Assembly: GCA_963827165.1 (NCBI GenBank)
Contig: CAWGZR010000005.1
Span: 256,001-320,000, forward strand
Reading direction: 5' to 3'
DNA: 64,000 bases
Origin: Candidatus Bathyarchaeota archaeon
Lineage (GTDB): Archaea; Thermoproteota; Bathyarchaeia; Bathyarchaeales; Bathycorpusculaceae
The position numbers and the translations under genes were made by a program. The notes beneath the pieces were generated by a model, which made no database searches, was not told where the DNA came from, and worked only from the letters and a program-made list of their open reading frames with translations. Shown one piece after another: positions 42,142 to 52,168 of the stretch (position 1 is the stretch's first letter; each line of letters opens with the position of its first letter).

Positions 42142-42258
42142 ATCCTAACTTAGTTTCTGCTTGATTTATTATTTCGGAGAGAAGCATATAAGCAAATCAG
42201 CAAACTTTTGCATCGCCAATAGTTACCAAGTGTTTGGTCGCTGAAAGGATTTGACGCT

Positions 42259-42696
42259 TCAGATCATGGGTGTTGTCTTTTTCTCGATCTGCTCCCCTAA
42301 CGGGCTGACTGTGACGCGTTTTCTTCCAGAGAGCGCATAGTAGACTACGCCGAGGATGAGGATTATGCCGATTGCAAGCAGCGCTATGGCCACTAACTCG
42401 CCTGCACCTAAAGATGGATTGGTTATTTCGAGTGCCGCTGAAACTCCGAATGTAACTAAGATTAACCCGCTAACTAGATATTTGATAAATCCGTTGTCAG
42501 GTTTGCCGTGCTTTTTAACTTTGAGAGGAGTTTCGGGTTTTTGTTGTTCCACAGTCGGCGTGGGAACCTCTTGGTTTGTCGAAGGGCTAGACATTGGGGG
42601 CGCGGTTGATGCTGCGTCTTTTAGTTGTGCTCCGCAGTCAGGACAGAAAGTCATTTTATCCTCAATTTCGCTGCCGCATTTCAGGCAATAAGGCAT
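42259..42696 (-). CDS. Zinc-ribbon membrane protein
   Basis: CLKC...CPDC followed by two TM helices. Confidence 0.75.
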   Translation of the reverse strand: MPYCLKCGSEIEDKMTFCPDCGAQLKDAASTAPPMSSPSTNQEVPTPTVEQQKPETPLKVKKHGKPDNGFIKYLVSGLILVTFGVSAALEITNPSLGAGELVAIALLAIGIILILGVVYYALSGRKRVTVSPLGEQIEKKTTPMI

Positions 42697-42811
42697 GTTA
42701 ATTCTCCATCGTTAGGGATGTTTTACCCGCTGAAACTATTTAAAAACATTCATTCTTGCCGCCCACAGGGAAACATATATGTGACGAGCGAGCATAGTCG
42801 GTGGGAAACAG

Positions 42812-43324
42812 ATGGGCTTCAAAAGCAAGTTCAACATGCAAACGCTGCCCGAAAAGAAAAAAGAAAACTTGATTTCAGCCCTCTACATAGGTCTTATCTT
42901 AGTTCTTCTCGCAGTAATCTACTTCATCAACCTCCACACAAACCTCTGGAACAACTTCAACCATTTCCTAAACAACTTCATCTTAGCCACCGTTCCAGGC
43001 ACTGGACTGCAGTTGCCCGCTCCAGAAAACCCAGCCGCATACATTGCGCTCTACAACGCCGCGTTCCAATTTTGCCTGGGCTTAGGCATAATTGAAATCG
43101 CGGTTTTGACTCTCAGAGTGTGGGTTTACTCGCCACTTCCAAGAAAAGCGGAAACGATTGAAAACCTTGTTTTCTGGCTCGGAACAAGTTACCTAATACT
43201 GACCTACCTGATTAATATCACAATAATCAGTGAGTGGTTCGTGTTTTGGGCTGGAATAATCTTGATTGGCGGCTTATCACTGGTTGCCAGAGCATTTGTC
43301 CTTAAGGCGACCCGACAGACTTAG
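42812..43324 (+). CDS. Hypothetical multi-TM membrane protein
   Basis: About four hydrophobic helices. Confidence 0.7.
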   Translation: MGFKSKFNMQTLPEKKKENLISALYIGLILVLLAVIYFINLHTNLWNNFNHFLNNFILATVPGTGLQLPAPENPAAYIALYNAAFQFCLGLGIIEIAVLTLRVWVYSPLPRKAETIENLVFWLGTSYLILTYLINITIISEWFVFWAGIILIGGLSLVARAFVLKATRQT

Positions 43325-44085
43325 CCTTTGGTTTTGAGTTTCCACCAGAGATGAGTTACCTGCCAAAACATGCTCCATGAATCCTTAGCTAAATTTACTT
43401 TCGTGCCTACGCCGCTTGTCCACTCGACAGGAATCTCCTTAACCTTAAAACCGTGGCGCTGTGCCCTCACTAAGATTTCTGTGTCCCAAAACCAGTGTGA
43501 CGCCTCAACTTCGCCAAGCAAAGATAGGGCAGCTTCTTTTTTGAAGGCTTTAAAACCGCACTGGTGGTCCTTCACTTTGGAACCGAGCATATGCCTGACC
43601 AGGAAGTTGTAGCTTTTGGAGCTTATGCTTCTTCGCAGGCTACGTTCAACCTTGCTTTCTGGAAGCATCCTTGAACCCGTGGAAACTTCGTAACCTTCAA
43701 CGGAGATCGCGTCAATAAGGGGTCTGAGCGATTTTAGGTCTGTGGCAAGGTCTAGATCCATGTAAACGAGAACTTCGCCGCGGCACTGACGAAACGCGTT
43801 GTTTAGGGCGGTTCCTCTTCCCAACCTTTTTTCCCGGTGAATATGCCTAACAAACGGGTATTTCTTCGTCAGCTGCTCGGAAAGTTCATCTGTTCCATCG
43901 GTGCTGCCGTCTTCGGCGATGACGATTTCATAGGTGTAATCTGTTTTTTTTAGGGTTTGGCTTACTTTTTCAACCGTAGTTTCGAGTTCTTTTGCTTCAT
44001 TGTACGCTGGAAGCACGACTGAAACCAACACTTCAATTTGAGCGTTGGTGTTTTGGATCATCCTAAAATCCAGCCTTTGAACCAC
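43321..44085 (-). CDS. GT2 dolichol-phosphate hexosyltransferase (DPM1/Alg5-like)
   Basis: PAYNE, EDGSTD, DLDL, DHQCGFK. Confidence 0.9.
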   Translation of the reverse strand: MVQRLDFRMIQNTNAQIEVLVSVVLPAYNEAKELETTVEKVSQTLKKTDYTYEIVIAEDGSTDGTDELSEQLTKKYPFVRHIHREKRLGRGTALNNAFRQCRGEVLVYMDLDLATDLKSLRPLIDAISVEGYEVSTGSRMLPESKVERSLRRSISSKSYNFLVRHMLGSKVKDHQCGFKAFKKEAALSLLGEVEASHWFWDTEILVRAQRHGFKVKEIPVEWTSGVGTKVNLAKDSWSMFWQVTHLWWKLKTKG

Positions 44086-45878
44086 GTTAAACTGTTGATT
44101 GTTGAGGTTGTCGTGGGGACTCCTGAGATAATGGGGTAGAAGAGTATGAATAATCCTATGGTGGCGGCGAAGTAAGCTACCGCGACGATTTTCATGTAGT
44201 TGTTGCTCCAGTACTTATTCACGATGAAAGCTACGCCTAAGCAGAGTATGGGTACGTTGCTGTAGAAGTGGTAGATGAAGACGACTCGTGTTATGAGGAT
44301 GTATGGCAGCCACTGGAAAAAGAAGTACACCAAGATGAAGACTACTGGCAGGTTCTTTTTGAAGTCGAACTTCCCAATCAAGAATTTCGGAACATAGTAA
44401 ACGGTTAACCCTACAATCACGGCGAAACCAAGCCACCAAAGAGTAGGGTTACCCAAGAGAGTAATCGTTGATTTGAGACCGTTCGGGAAAGGCCCTGCAG
44501 ATTGCAACCAAAGTGGAACATGCGTCCAATTTTGTAGATACGCGGGGGTCTTGCTTAGCGCATTTGAGATTGTGTTTACTGGGTCAAACATGAAGGGCCA
44601 TGTATACCATTGAGACGAGAACGGGTGGGTAGCTTTGAGCGTGGACTGGTAAACGTACATTGTGTTTTGTAAATTGAGGACGCCTACAAATGTTCTGCCG
44701 GTAAGCATGTCGGGAATGTAAACGATAAGGTAAACTACTAGGGCAAGTAACAGGAAACAGACAAGCGTTGAGTACGGATGGTCGAGCACGCCGTAGATTT
44801 TATCGGTGAATTTGCCTTTTAACTTCCGTACCTCGCTTAAACGAAGCACCAGAAGAATTGCGAGTGCCCCGACGAAGCCGAAGAGAACGAGCCACTTCGT
44901 TGAGATGCCTAGCGCCGCGAACATTACGCATAAGAATAGCGGGATGACGCTTGTTTTCCAGCCTTTATCAACAACGTTCTTCAGGTAAATTAAGAAGAAC
45001 AGTTGTGAAACCAACGAGAAAAACACTACGTAGGTGTCCGCTGTCCCCATTCGTCCCATGGTGAAATGCATGAAGTCAAAGGTTAACATGAAGGCTGCTG
45101 TGAAACCACCTATCCAGGTTCCGAACATTTTTTTGCCCGCCAAGTAGATGACGGCGACCATTAGTGTGGCGAAGATGACGCCCATTATTCGCCATCCAAA
45201 GGGGTTAAAACCGAAAATCAAGAGTCCGCCGGCTTGGATCAGCTTGCCGAGGGGAGGATGAGTCCACTCATATGGCGAATGCAAATGAATGTACTGTTCG
45301 GCGGTTCTAACAAAGTAGATTTCGTCGAAATACGTGTTTTCCATATAATCTACAGGGTAATGAACCGTGCTTTGGGCGTTGATAAGGTCGGCTACCGGCG
45401 GGTTTCCCTGCCCGGCGTTGGTGATTGTTTGGATTGTAGCTACGCTGTTGTTTTGGTTTATGACAGCGATTTGGGATAGGGCTGTCGCCAAATATGAGGG
45501 GACGTAGCCAATGTCGACTTTAACGTATTGTGTGGTTTGGGCAACACTTACTTCATCCCATTTGCAATAATCCTCCGACCACGAACCCGAAGAATAAGTA
45601 AAATCGGCGTTGCTCGCAGCCGACGTCCAATTACCCGGCGACCCCGTTGAAACAGTGACGTTGAGCGCGCCTACATGTAATAGAAACATTACTGATTTAA
45701 CATTGGTTTGGACGCCTAGGTTAACATAGAAACTTTGGCCAGCCGTCCAATTAGTCACGGTTGTGGGGTATGCTGTGTAGCCAAGGTTGACCACGGCGAT
45801 TGAGAAGAAAACCACGCAGAGCAAAACGATCGTTAACACGTCTTTTTTGTTCAGGTTTAATCCGAATTCGACATTCAC
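44058..45878 (-). CDS. Dolichyl-phosphate-mannose:protein mannosyltransferase-like (GT39/PMT)
   Basis: YFDEIYF, HPPLGK, FGWR, KW, HPFSS.WYTWP, GNPTLWW, FIYHF. Confidence 0.88.
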   Translation of the reverse strand: MNVEFGLNLNKKDVLTIVLLCVVFFSIAVVNLGYTAYPTTVTNWTAGQSFYVNLGVQTNVKSVMFLLHVGALNVTVSTGSPGNWTSAASNADFTYSSGSWSEDYCKWDEVSVAQTTQYVKVDIGYVPSYLATALSQIAVINQNNSVATIQTITNAGQGNPPVADLINAQSTVHYPVDYMENTYFDEIYFVRTAEQYIHLHSPYEWTHPPLGKLIQAGGLLIFGFNPFGWRIMGVIFATLMVAVIYLAGKKMFGTWIGGFTAAFMLTFDFMHFTMGRMGTADTYVVFFSLVSQLFFLIYLKNVVDKGWKTSVIPLFLCVMFAALGISTKWLVLFGFVGALAILLVLRLSEVRKLKGKFTDKIYGVLDHPYSTLVCFLLLALVVYLIVYIPDMLTGRTFVGVLNLQNTMYVYQSTLKATHPFSSQWYTWPFMFDPVNTISNALSKTPAYLQNWTHVPLWLQSAGPFPNGLKSTITLLGNPTLWWLGFAVIVGLTVYYVPKFLIGKFDFKKNLPVVFILVYFFFQWLPYILITRVVFIYHFYSNVPILCLGVAFIVNKYWSNNYMKIVAVAYFAATIGLFILFYPIISGVPTTTSTINSLTWFKGWILG

Positions 45879-47123
45879 GATGGTTCACCTCTCTCCCCGG
45901 GCGGACTGGGCGGCTCAGGCTCAGCTTTAAGCCAAGTGCGTTTATCCCACATAACTATTGAAGCATATATGAGCATTAATAAATTAATTGCACTTACAGT
46001 CAAAACCACTGGGTCCCCAGTAAGATTCGGAGCGTATGGATGCGAATTAAGCTGGTAAAGCACGTAGGATATGTTGATGAGGAAGGTGGCGGTTAAAACC
46101 GCGTAAATCAGCCTTGCCTTCTTGATGAATGGAACCATTAACGCCATCGCTGCTATCGCGGGAAACATGTACCGTTCATGAATCCTTGTTGGAAGCATGA
46201 AGAACGCGAAGAGAAGCATAAACGCGGCATACACAGCTATAAACTCGCTGGAAGTCTTGAAGCGTTTGTTCAGCAGGTACAGAGTAAATATAGCAAATAC
46301 GCCAAAAAGCGCCCAGCCCACGATGTTGAGGAACCCGTCCGGCACCCACATCCCTGAAATCAAACCCCACAGGTTGAAAGCATTAATTGAAGTGTAAGCG
46401 TACCCCTTGTAAGCTACAAAATAGATGTTGGTCAGGAAAGTGATCGGGCTTCCGCTCCAATCAAAGGGAAGAATAACTACGAAAACCGTTACGGCGAAAG
46501 CAACCACGGAGAGAATCGTCTCTTTTAACCCGTTTTTCTTGTAGATCAAAAACGCAACCAGCGGCGCAAGAGCGATTCCCTGAGGCTTGGTCAAAATCGC
46601 AACGGCGAATGCTGCCGCCGAAAGCTTCGGTTTACTTCGCAGTGCAAGCATCAAAGAGAGTACCAGGAAAAAAGTGTAGATTGCGTCGAACTGTCCCCAG
46701 ACGGCTGAGTCATAGATTACGGCTGGGTTAAAAGCGTAAAGAGCCGTCGCGGCTAATGCAAGTTTAAAACTTGATTGTTTGCGGACAAAAATGAAGATTA
46801 AAGCTGCTGTGCCAAGGTCAAAGATGTTTGGTGCCAACTTGACGATATAAGCTGCGTTGATGCCGACTCTTGACGCCCCGTTTGCTATTGAGCCGAAAAA
46901 CCAGAAAATGTAGACGTTGAAGGGGGGATAATCTGACCAGTTGTTAGAGCCATAAAATGGTCTAATTCCGACTGCCGTTGCCCTGTTGAACCAGGCAAGA
47001 AAGTCGTTTGTGTCAATTGAGTATCCTTTAAGGGGAAAGAGGGCGAGTCTAATTAGGAAGGATGAAGCGAGTACGGCGGCTACAATGGAGGCTTCCCGTC
47101 TTGCAGTGAAGTTAAATGCGCAT
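45875..47123 (-). CDS. GT-C membrane glycosyltransferase; ATG one base out of frame
   Basis: Open frame extends upstream of 46837 (SDYPP, WGQFD, KPQ, HERY) to about 47116; the ATG at 47123 is one base off (ATG CGC ATT T AAC). Confidence 0.8.
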
Positions 47124-47505
47124 CCCCTCTATCTAATGGAAAATACTTGCAGTCAGAGAATAAGAAGGTTTTTCAAAATCGCCTCCCAAGTTTTCTGGTA
47201 CAAACCCAACGAACCAAAGCCGAAGCGTCAAAAATATTGGTTGAAACCGCCCTGAAATAGCAGCCGCCAAGCGCCCTATCGAGTGACGGGGCAAGCTTTA
47301 TCGTAACGTGGGCAAACGCTTGACCCTATGTGAAAATTTAGGAACCAACAACCAACACCCTCTTTCTTTAATTTTTTGTGTGGACTACCCTCAACTTTTA
47401 TGTGAAAATATTTAACGGATCAAGTAGCAAATCCCGTTTTTCCCGACAGTTGGTTTTGATTAGAGCCAAGGGTCCTTTCAGATTTTGACGGGTCGATTGT
47501 GAGTT

Positions 47506-47712
47506 TTACGTTACGTATTCGACTTTGCGCTTGCGGTATCTTTTGCATTCTTTAACTATTTTTCCTGCGAATTGCGGCGGATAAAAAGTGCCTAAACCTG
47601 TAACCAACGCAAACTCAGCTGATTGATCTGCACGTACCTCAGAGTATTCGGGGCAACCAACGCACTGGTCAGGGAACTCTTTGAAACACAAATGTTGAAT
47701 TTCCAAAGCCAT
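47506..47712 (-). CDS. Small Cys-containing hypothetical protein
   Basis: SD GGGAGG before the ATG; C-x7-CVGC. Confidence 0.45.
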   Translation of the reverse strand: MALEIQHLCFKEFPDQCVGCPEYSEVRADQSAEFALVTGLGTFYPPQFAGKIVKECKRYRKRKVEYVT

Positions 47713-47970
47713 TCCTCCCCACAATAACTAAGGCAGTTTAGATATTTAAGAAGGCGGCTCGGTCACCCATAACATTTTTCTTCAGGATGAAAAGAGAAAA
47801 TCAAATAGCTGAATAAGAAATTAAGGTTCGGACATGTTTTTCTACGGGCTTCTGTAGGCTCTCGCTCTTTCGCTATGGAGTGATTGGTCCATGGAAAATC
47901 TGTGAAATGTTTCGTGGTTGCTGCAATTTGGTTCATAAGTTTTTCAGCGTCTTGTTCGCTGTGCCTCTGC

Positions 47971-48351
47971 TTAACGCTCATTGCTCAGGTTCTCTTTAAC
48001 TCTGAACCTCACTATTTCTTTTATCAAGTCAAGCGGGAGCGGTTTATCCAACGGAAACCTAACAGTGCCCTTGCTTACTTCATAATCAGACAGTTTCTCT
48101 TTGAAAGCTTCAACAGCAGATTCCCGTGGGTAGAATCCAATGTGGTCCTTGAAGGCGGCAAACCAAACCAAGTTACCGCGTAATTTGAAGGCGGGCATTT
48201 GGTAGCTGATGGCTTCTTTTGCATCTGGAGCGGTTTCCCTGATAGCTTGCCTTAGCTCCCGTAAAACAGTTTGGATGTTTTGGGGAAAAGCATTGATGTA
48301 CTCGTCAAATGTTTCAAAATGTTTCTTCAAAAGATATACCTCATAAAACAT
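47971..48351 (-). CDS. DUF1801 (YdhG-like) protein
   Basis: DEYI, EAISYQMP, HIGFYP, SKGTVRFP. Confidence 0.9.
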   Translation of the reverse strand: MFYEVYLLKKHFETFDEYINAFPQNIQTVLRELRQAIRETAPDAKEAISYQMPAFKLRGNLVWFAAFKDHIGFYPRESAVEAFKEKLSDYEVSKGTVRFPLDKPLPLDLIKEIVRFRVKENLSNER

Positions 48352-48449
48352 CTGACTTAATCAATACTCTTCAGGCTTAGTCTAAAATATCTTTTCCGAA
48401 GCTGAACACAAAAAAAGAAAAAGGATTTTGATTTGTCTTTTGACGTGGT

Positions 48450-49136
48450 TTAGCTTTTGGTTGTGTGTGATTCTATTTGTGCGCCGCAGTTGGAGCAATA
48501 GGCTGTAGTTTGGGCATTTGCCGGCGGAGTAGTTGGCGATGGAGCATTCATGTATGTTTGCGAAGCGTATTGTTGCTGCATCTGCTGTGACTTCATGGCA
48601 AAGAATCCGATGACTGCATAGATCCAGGCGATAAATATCAGAATGAAGCCGAAACCAACCAGTATAGTCAGTATAGAGCCCCACCAAAGTAAGGTGGCTG
48701 CGGTGCCAAACGAGTGTTCTCCTGATTTCTGCTCAAGCGTATTGAAGGTTTGTCTTAAGTGCGTAGCTGCAAGCACGTTGAATATGAAAGCAATTATAAG
48801 AGCGCCGAAGAAGACGGCTAATCCAACTCCGAAGCCGACAGTTAGCGTGAAGCCTGATGAAAACTTAAAGCCAGTTGCGGTTCCAACCCCGATTAATATT
48901 GCTGTAATGGCTACTCCTGCGGCTACTAAAGCAATTATGTAGAATTTGACGCCTGTTAATGAGTTTTGATAGATTTCTTTGTCTTGATAGTAATTTGCAA
49001 GTTCCTTTAGGCCTCGAAGAAGCAGTATTATACCGATGATGCTCAATACCCAGCCTACGTAAGGAACCACGAAGAGTAGAAGCAGTATTGATCCTTCGCC
49101 ACACAAAGTTTTGCTGTATTCGAAACTTGTACCCAT
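48450..49136 (-). CDS. DUF996 membrane protein with partial C-terminal zinc ribbon
   Basis: K.L.GEGSILLL...IIGIILLL...AFIF...AVIGFF pattern; YCSNCG. Confidence 0.8.
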   Translation of the reverse strand: MGTSFEYSKTLCGEGSILLLLFVVPYVGWVLSIIGIILLLRGLKELANYYQDKEIYQNSLTGVKFYIIALVAAGVAITAILIGVGTATGFKFSSGFTLTVGFGVGLAVFFGALIIAFIFNVLAATHLRQTFNTLEQKSGEHSFGTAATLLWWGSILTILVGFGFILIFIAWIYAVIGFFAMKSQQMQQQYASQTYMNAPSPTTPPANAQTTAYCSNCGAQIESHTTKS

Positions 49137-49363
49137 TTTGTTTTTACCTCCCAATTTTTGTTTTTTTATTCCTGGCATCTTACAAGCTGCATTCGGGATA
49201 TAGCCCTACCATTTAGATCTCTAACGCTGACATTTAGAGCCGTTACTCTAACAGTTAGAGTCATAAGCAAATTGATATGTAACATAGAAAATATGGAAAT
49301 AAAACTAAATTTCACAGTTCGCTTTATCTTCATCGTCGTCGAATAGAGAGGCAGTGGAGTCAA

Positions 49364-49842
49364 GTGTCAAAGCCACGTGGAATAAGCGCTGAAATTCAGT
49401 CGCCGAGAACAAAACTGCTGTACCTCATCTATTCCGCCCCGAACAGTAGAATCAAAGCTGAACCAGGAGTGAAATCAAGTCTTAGTTCCGCGTTGGGCTA
49501 CAAATCCGACGGACACTTTCATTACGACTGGAACTACCTGATGAGCGCAGCCATGATTGAGGAAAAAAAAGGCTACTATGTCGTGACTGACGCAGGAAAG
49601 AAGGAGTTTGCACTTCATTCCACAGCGTCCAGAAGCAACACGGTGATGGTTGTAATAGGAATCGTCATGGTTGGCTTCACCTTCTTGCTTGAATTCGGGA
49701 ATTTACCGAAAATAAGTCTAGCGTTTTTCGGGATAGCGCTCTAATCCTTATTGGTTCACTGTTTTTGATATTAAGCAAAAGAAACAAACCCGAACTACCG
49801 CTTGAAGCGAGAGTATTGCTAAAAGAGCTTAATCGACACTAA
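49364..49842 (+). CDS. wHTH-like membrane protein, frameshifted near 49740
   Basis: YVVTDAGK wing then a TM helix; the second TM continues in another frame as LILIGSLFLILSKRNKPE...NRH*. Confidence 0.6.
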
Positions 49843-50150
49843 ATTAAGCAAAACAAGGGTAGAAGTGTTTAAGGCAGACACTGGGAGGCAAGGCGCTCAT
49901 TGCGTCTAAATAGCTAGCGACACTTTTCTTTCCCCAAGTGGCGATTTGCAAGAATTCGCAAGGTACTCTCATGTTTTAAAGTCCCTGCGCACGATTACAT
50001 ATCTTAGTCGCTAGCGAACTCAAGCGATAATTCAAAGCGCAGTCGAAACCTGAACTACAAGCATAAAACGAGTTGTTCCAGCACCCAAAAGAGCAAGCAT
50101 TAAAACGATAGCTCCGACTTCAATATCCTTGGAAAACGTGGCTCCTCGAT

Positions 50151-51074
50151 ATGATTGACATTGAGAATCTTACGCGGAAGTTCGGTGACCTAACTGCGGT
50201 TGACAACCTTACTCTTCGGGTGGACAAAGGCGAAGTGTTCGGCTTTTTGGGGCCTAATGGGGCAGGAAAAACCACCACAGTCAGGATGCTTTGCTGCCTG
50301 ATTTCCAAGACAAGCGGCAAAGCCAAAATCGGTGATTACGAGATTGGCAACCCAGAAGACGCGCTGAAGATCAGGAAGATCATCGGGTTAGTTCCTGACA
50401 GTGTTGGTTTATACGAATCCCTTACAGCCTATGAGAACCTGGACTACTACGGGACACTGTACAGGCGGAGCGATTCCCAGCGAAAAGAGAGCAACGAATA
50501 CTTCCTTAAGCTGCTGGGACTCTGGGAGAAAAGAGATGCCTTGGCGGCGACGTTTTCGAAAGGGATGAAGCAAAAACTCGCAATTGCACGCGCACTCATA
50601 CATGATCCCGAGATTCTTTTCATGGATGAGCCGACGGCAAACCTGGATCCTGAGTCAGCTAAGACAGTTCGGGAATTTATTCTCGAGTTGAAAAAGCAGA
50701 AGAAAACGATTTTTCTTAACACGCACAATCTTGACGAAGCACAGAGAATCTGTGACAGAATCGGCATCTTAAACACACGGCTGATGGCTGTGGGTACCCC
50801 AGAAGAACTTGAGCGGTCGATCCACGGTAGAAAGACTGTGATCCAGCTTAGACAGGTGAACAACGCCATTTTGGATTCGTTGAGGAACCTTCAGGTCGTG
50901 AACTTGGTCAGTGAAGGGAACAAACTAACGGTCGATGTCGTGAATCCTGAGGAGGAGAATCCTGAGATGGTAAACGCGGTCGTTGCAGCGGGAGGACTGG
51001 TCGAGACAGTTACGGTTACCAGCAGTTCACTTGAAGACGCTTACTTGAAACTGGTGAGGGAGAATACACAATGA
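50151..51074 (+). CDS. ABC transporter ATP-binding protein
   Basis: GPNGAGKTT, FSKGM, MDEP, TH motifs. Confidence 0.95.
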   Translation: MIDIENLTRKFGDLTAVDNLTLRVDKGEVFGFLGPNGAGKTTTVRMLCCLISKTSGKAKIGDYEIGNPEDALKIRKIIGLVPDSVGLYESLTAYENLDYYGTLYRRSDSQRKESNEYFLKLLGLWEKRDALAATFSKGMKQKLAIARALIHDPEILFMDEPTANLDPESAKTVREFILELKKQKKTIFLNTHNLDEAQRICDRIGILNTRLMAVGTPEELERSIHGRKTVIQLRQVNNAILDSLRNLQVVNLVSEGNKLTVDVVNPEEENPEMVNAVVAAGGLVETVTVTSSSLEDAYLKLVRENTQ

Positions 51075-51802
51075 CAAGCTGGATGCCGTGGAAGATAGCG
51101 CGCAAGGAGCTAAAGGTGATAGGCAGAAAGAGAAGCATCATCTTCTACAATGTTGGGCTTCCCATTCTCGTCGCTGTTGCTTTCTCACTCGTTATCAGGA
51201 GTCAAACAGCCAACGGAATCCCCGATACACTGGCCATTGGTGGCGAATCAATCATTTACATTTTCGTCGTTTTGGCAACTGTTCTTCCCAGCACGATTGC
51301 AGCCTACAGCATAGTGGGTGAAAAAGTCGAGAAAACATTAGAGCCATTGCTTGCCACGCCGACGACTGATGGCGAGATTCTTCTGGGAAAAAGCATTGCT
51401 GCGTTCATACCGCCGATCCTATCCGCATGGATGGGAGCATCAATCTTTATGGCGGCAGCAGATTACATACTCCGTAAGGCTGGGCTAAGCTACTATTATT
51501 TTCCGAACTGGAACGCTGGCGTCATGCTGTTAATCCTTGCTCCTCTTGCAGCAGTTCTCAGTATTGAAGTAGCAGTTATTGCATCATCCCGGGTAAATGA
51601 CGTTCGGGGGGCGAACCAGATTGCAGGCCTCATGTTTATCCCGTTTGTTGTTGTGTTCTTTGCGGGAGCGGAAGGAATTTTTGCTCTCAGCATCCCAAAC
51701 CTTCTTGTTTTCGCCGGCATTGTATCTGTAGTTGATTTGATTCTGTTTTTCGTGAGCCGATCTACCTTTAACCGTGAAGAGATTTTGACAAAGTGGAAAT
51801 GA
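51071..51802 (+). CDS. ABC-2 type permease
   Basis: GEKVEKTLEPLLATP, LLGK; about six TM helices. Confidence 0.9.
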   Translation: MTSWMPWKIARKELKVIGRKRSIIFYNVGLPILVAVAFSLVIRSQTANGIPDTLAIGGESIIYIFVVLATVLPSTIAAYSIVGEKVEKTLEPLLATPTTDGEILLGKSIAAFIPPILSAWMGASIFMAAADYILRKAGLSYYYFPNWNAGVMLLILAPLAAVLSIEVAVIASSRVNDVRGANQIAGLMFIPFVVVFFAGAEGIFALSIPNLLVFAGIVSVVDLILFFVSRSTFNREEILTKWK

Positions 51803-51997
51803 TATTAGATCAATTGGCAGCAACCTTAGTTCGCGAAGAAACAGCGAGCACAAAGGAAAGGCTGCTCTACATCGATAATCTTAGGCTACTGGTAATTGTG
51901 CGGGTAGTCTCGATTCACTTGGCTGTGACGGTCTTGCGGTTTTTGACTAATCGTTACAACAAATAAAAATCAAATAAACTAAATCGACCTTATCTAC

Positions 51998-52107
51998 TCT
52001 ATTCCCGCTGATTTCTGAAAGACCTTTGCCCTTGAAATGTATATTGCATCAGTGTTTTGCCTGAAATTTTTCTGGGAAATTTTTTGACACGCCCGCGTGC
52101 TCGAGGC
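51998..52107. repeat. Element-associated non-coding repeat, copy R0
   Basis: TTTCTGAAAGACCTTTG matches R2 (TTTCTGGAAGACCTTTG); GAAATTTTTCTGGGAAATTTTTTGACACG..GCTCGAGGC matches R3. Confidence 0.7.
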
Positions 52108-52168
52108 GGGCTATTGTTTGGGAATAACATTTCTGCTCGCGCGGAAGTTTGGGCCGTTTTGTTTTTGT

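Noticed and set aside
49912-50015. 9-bp inverted repeat GCTAGCGAC/GTCGCTAGC upstream of the ABC transporter
   Set aside because: Short, widely spaced, single copy and compatible with chance
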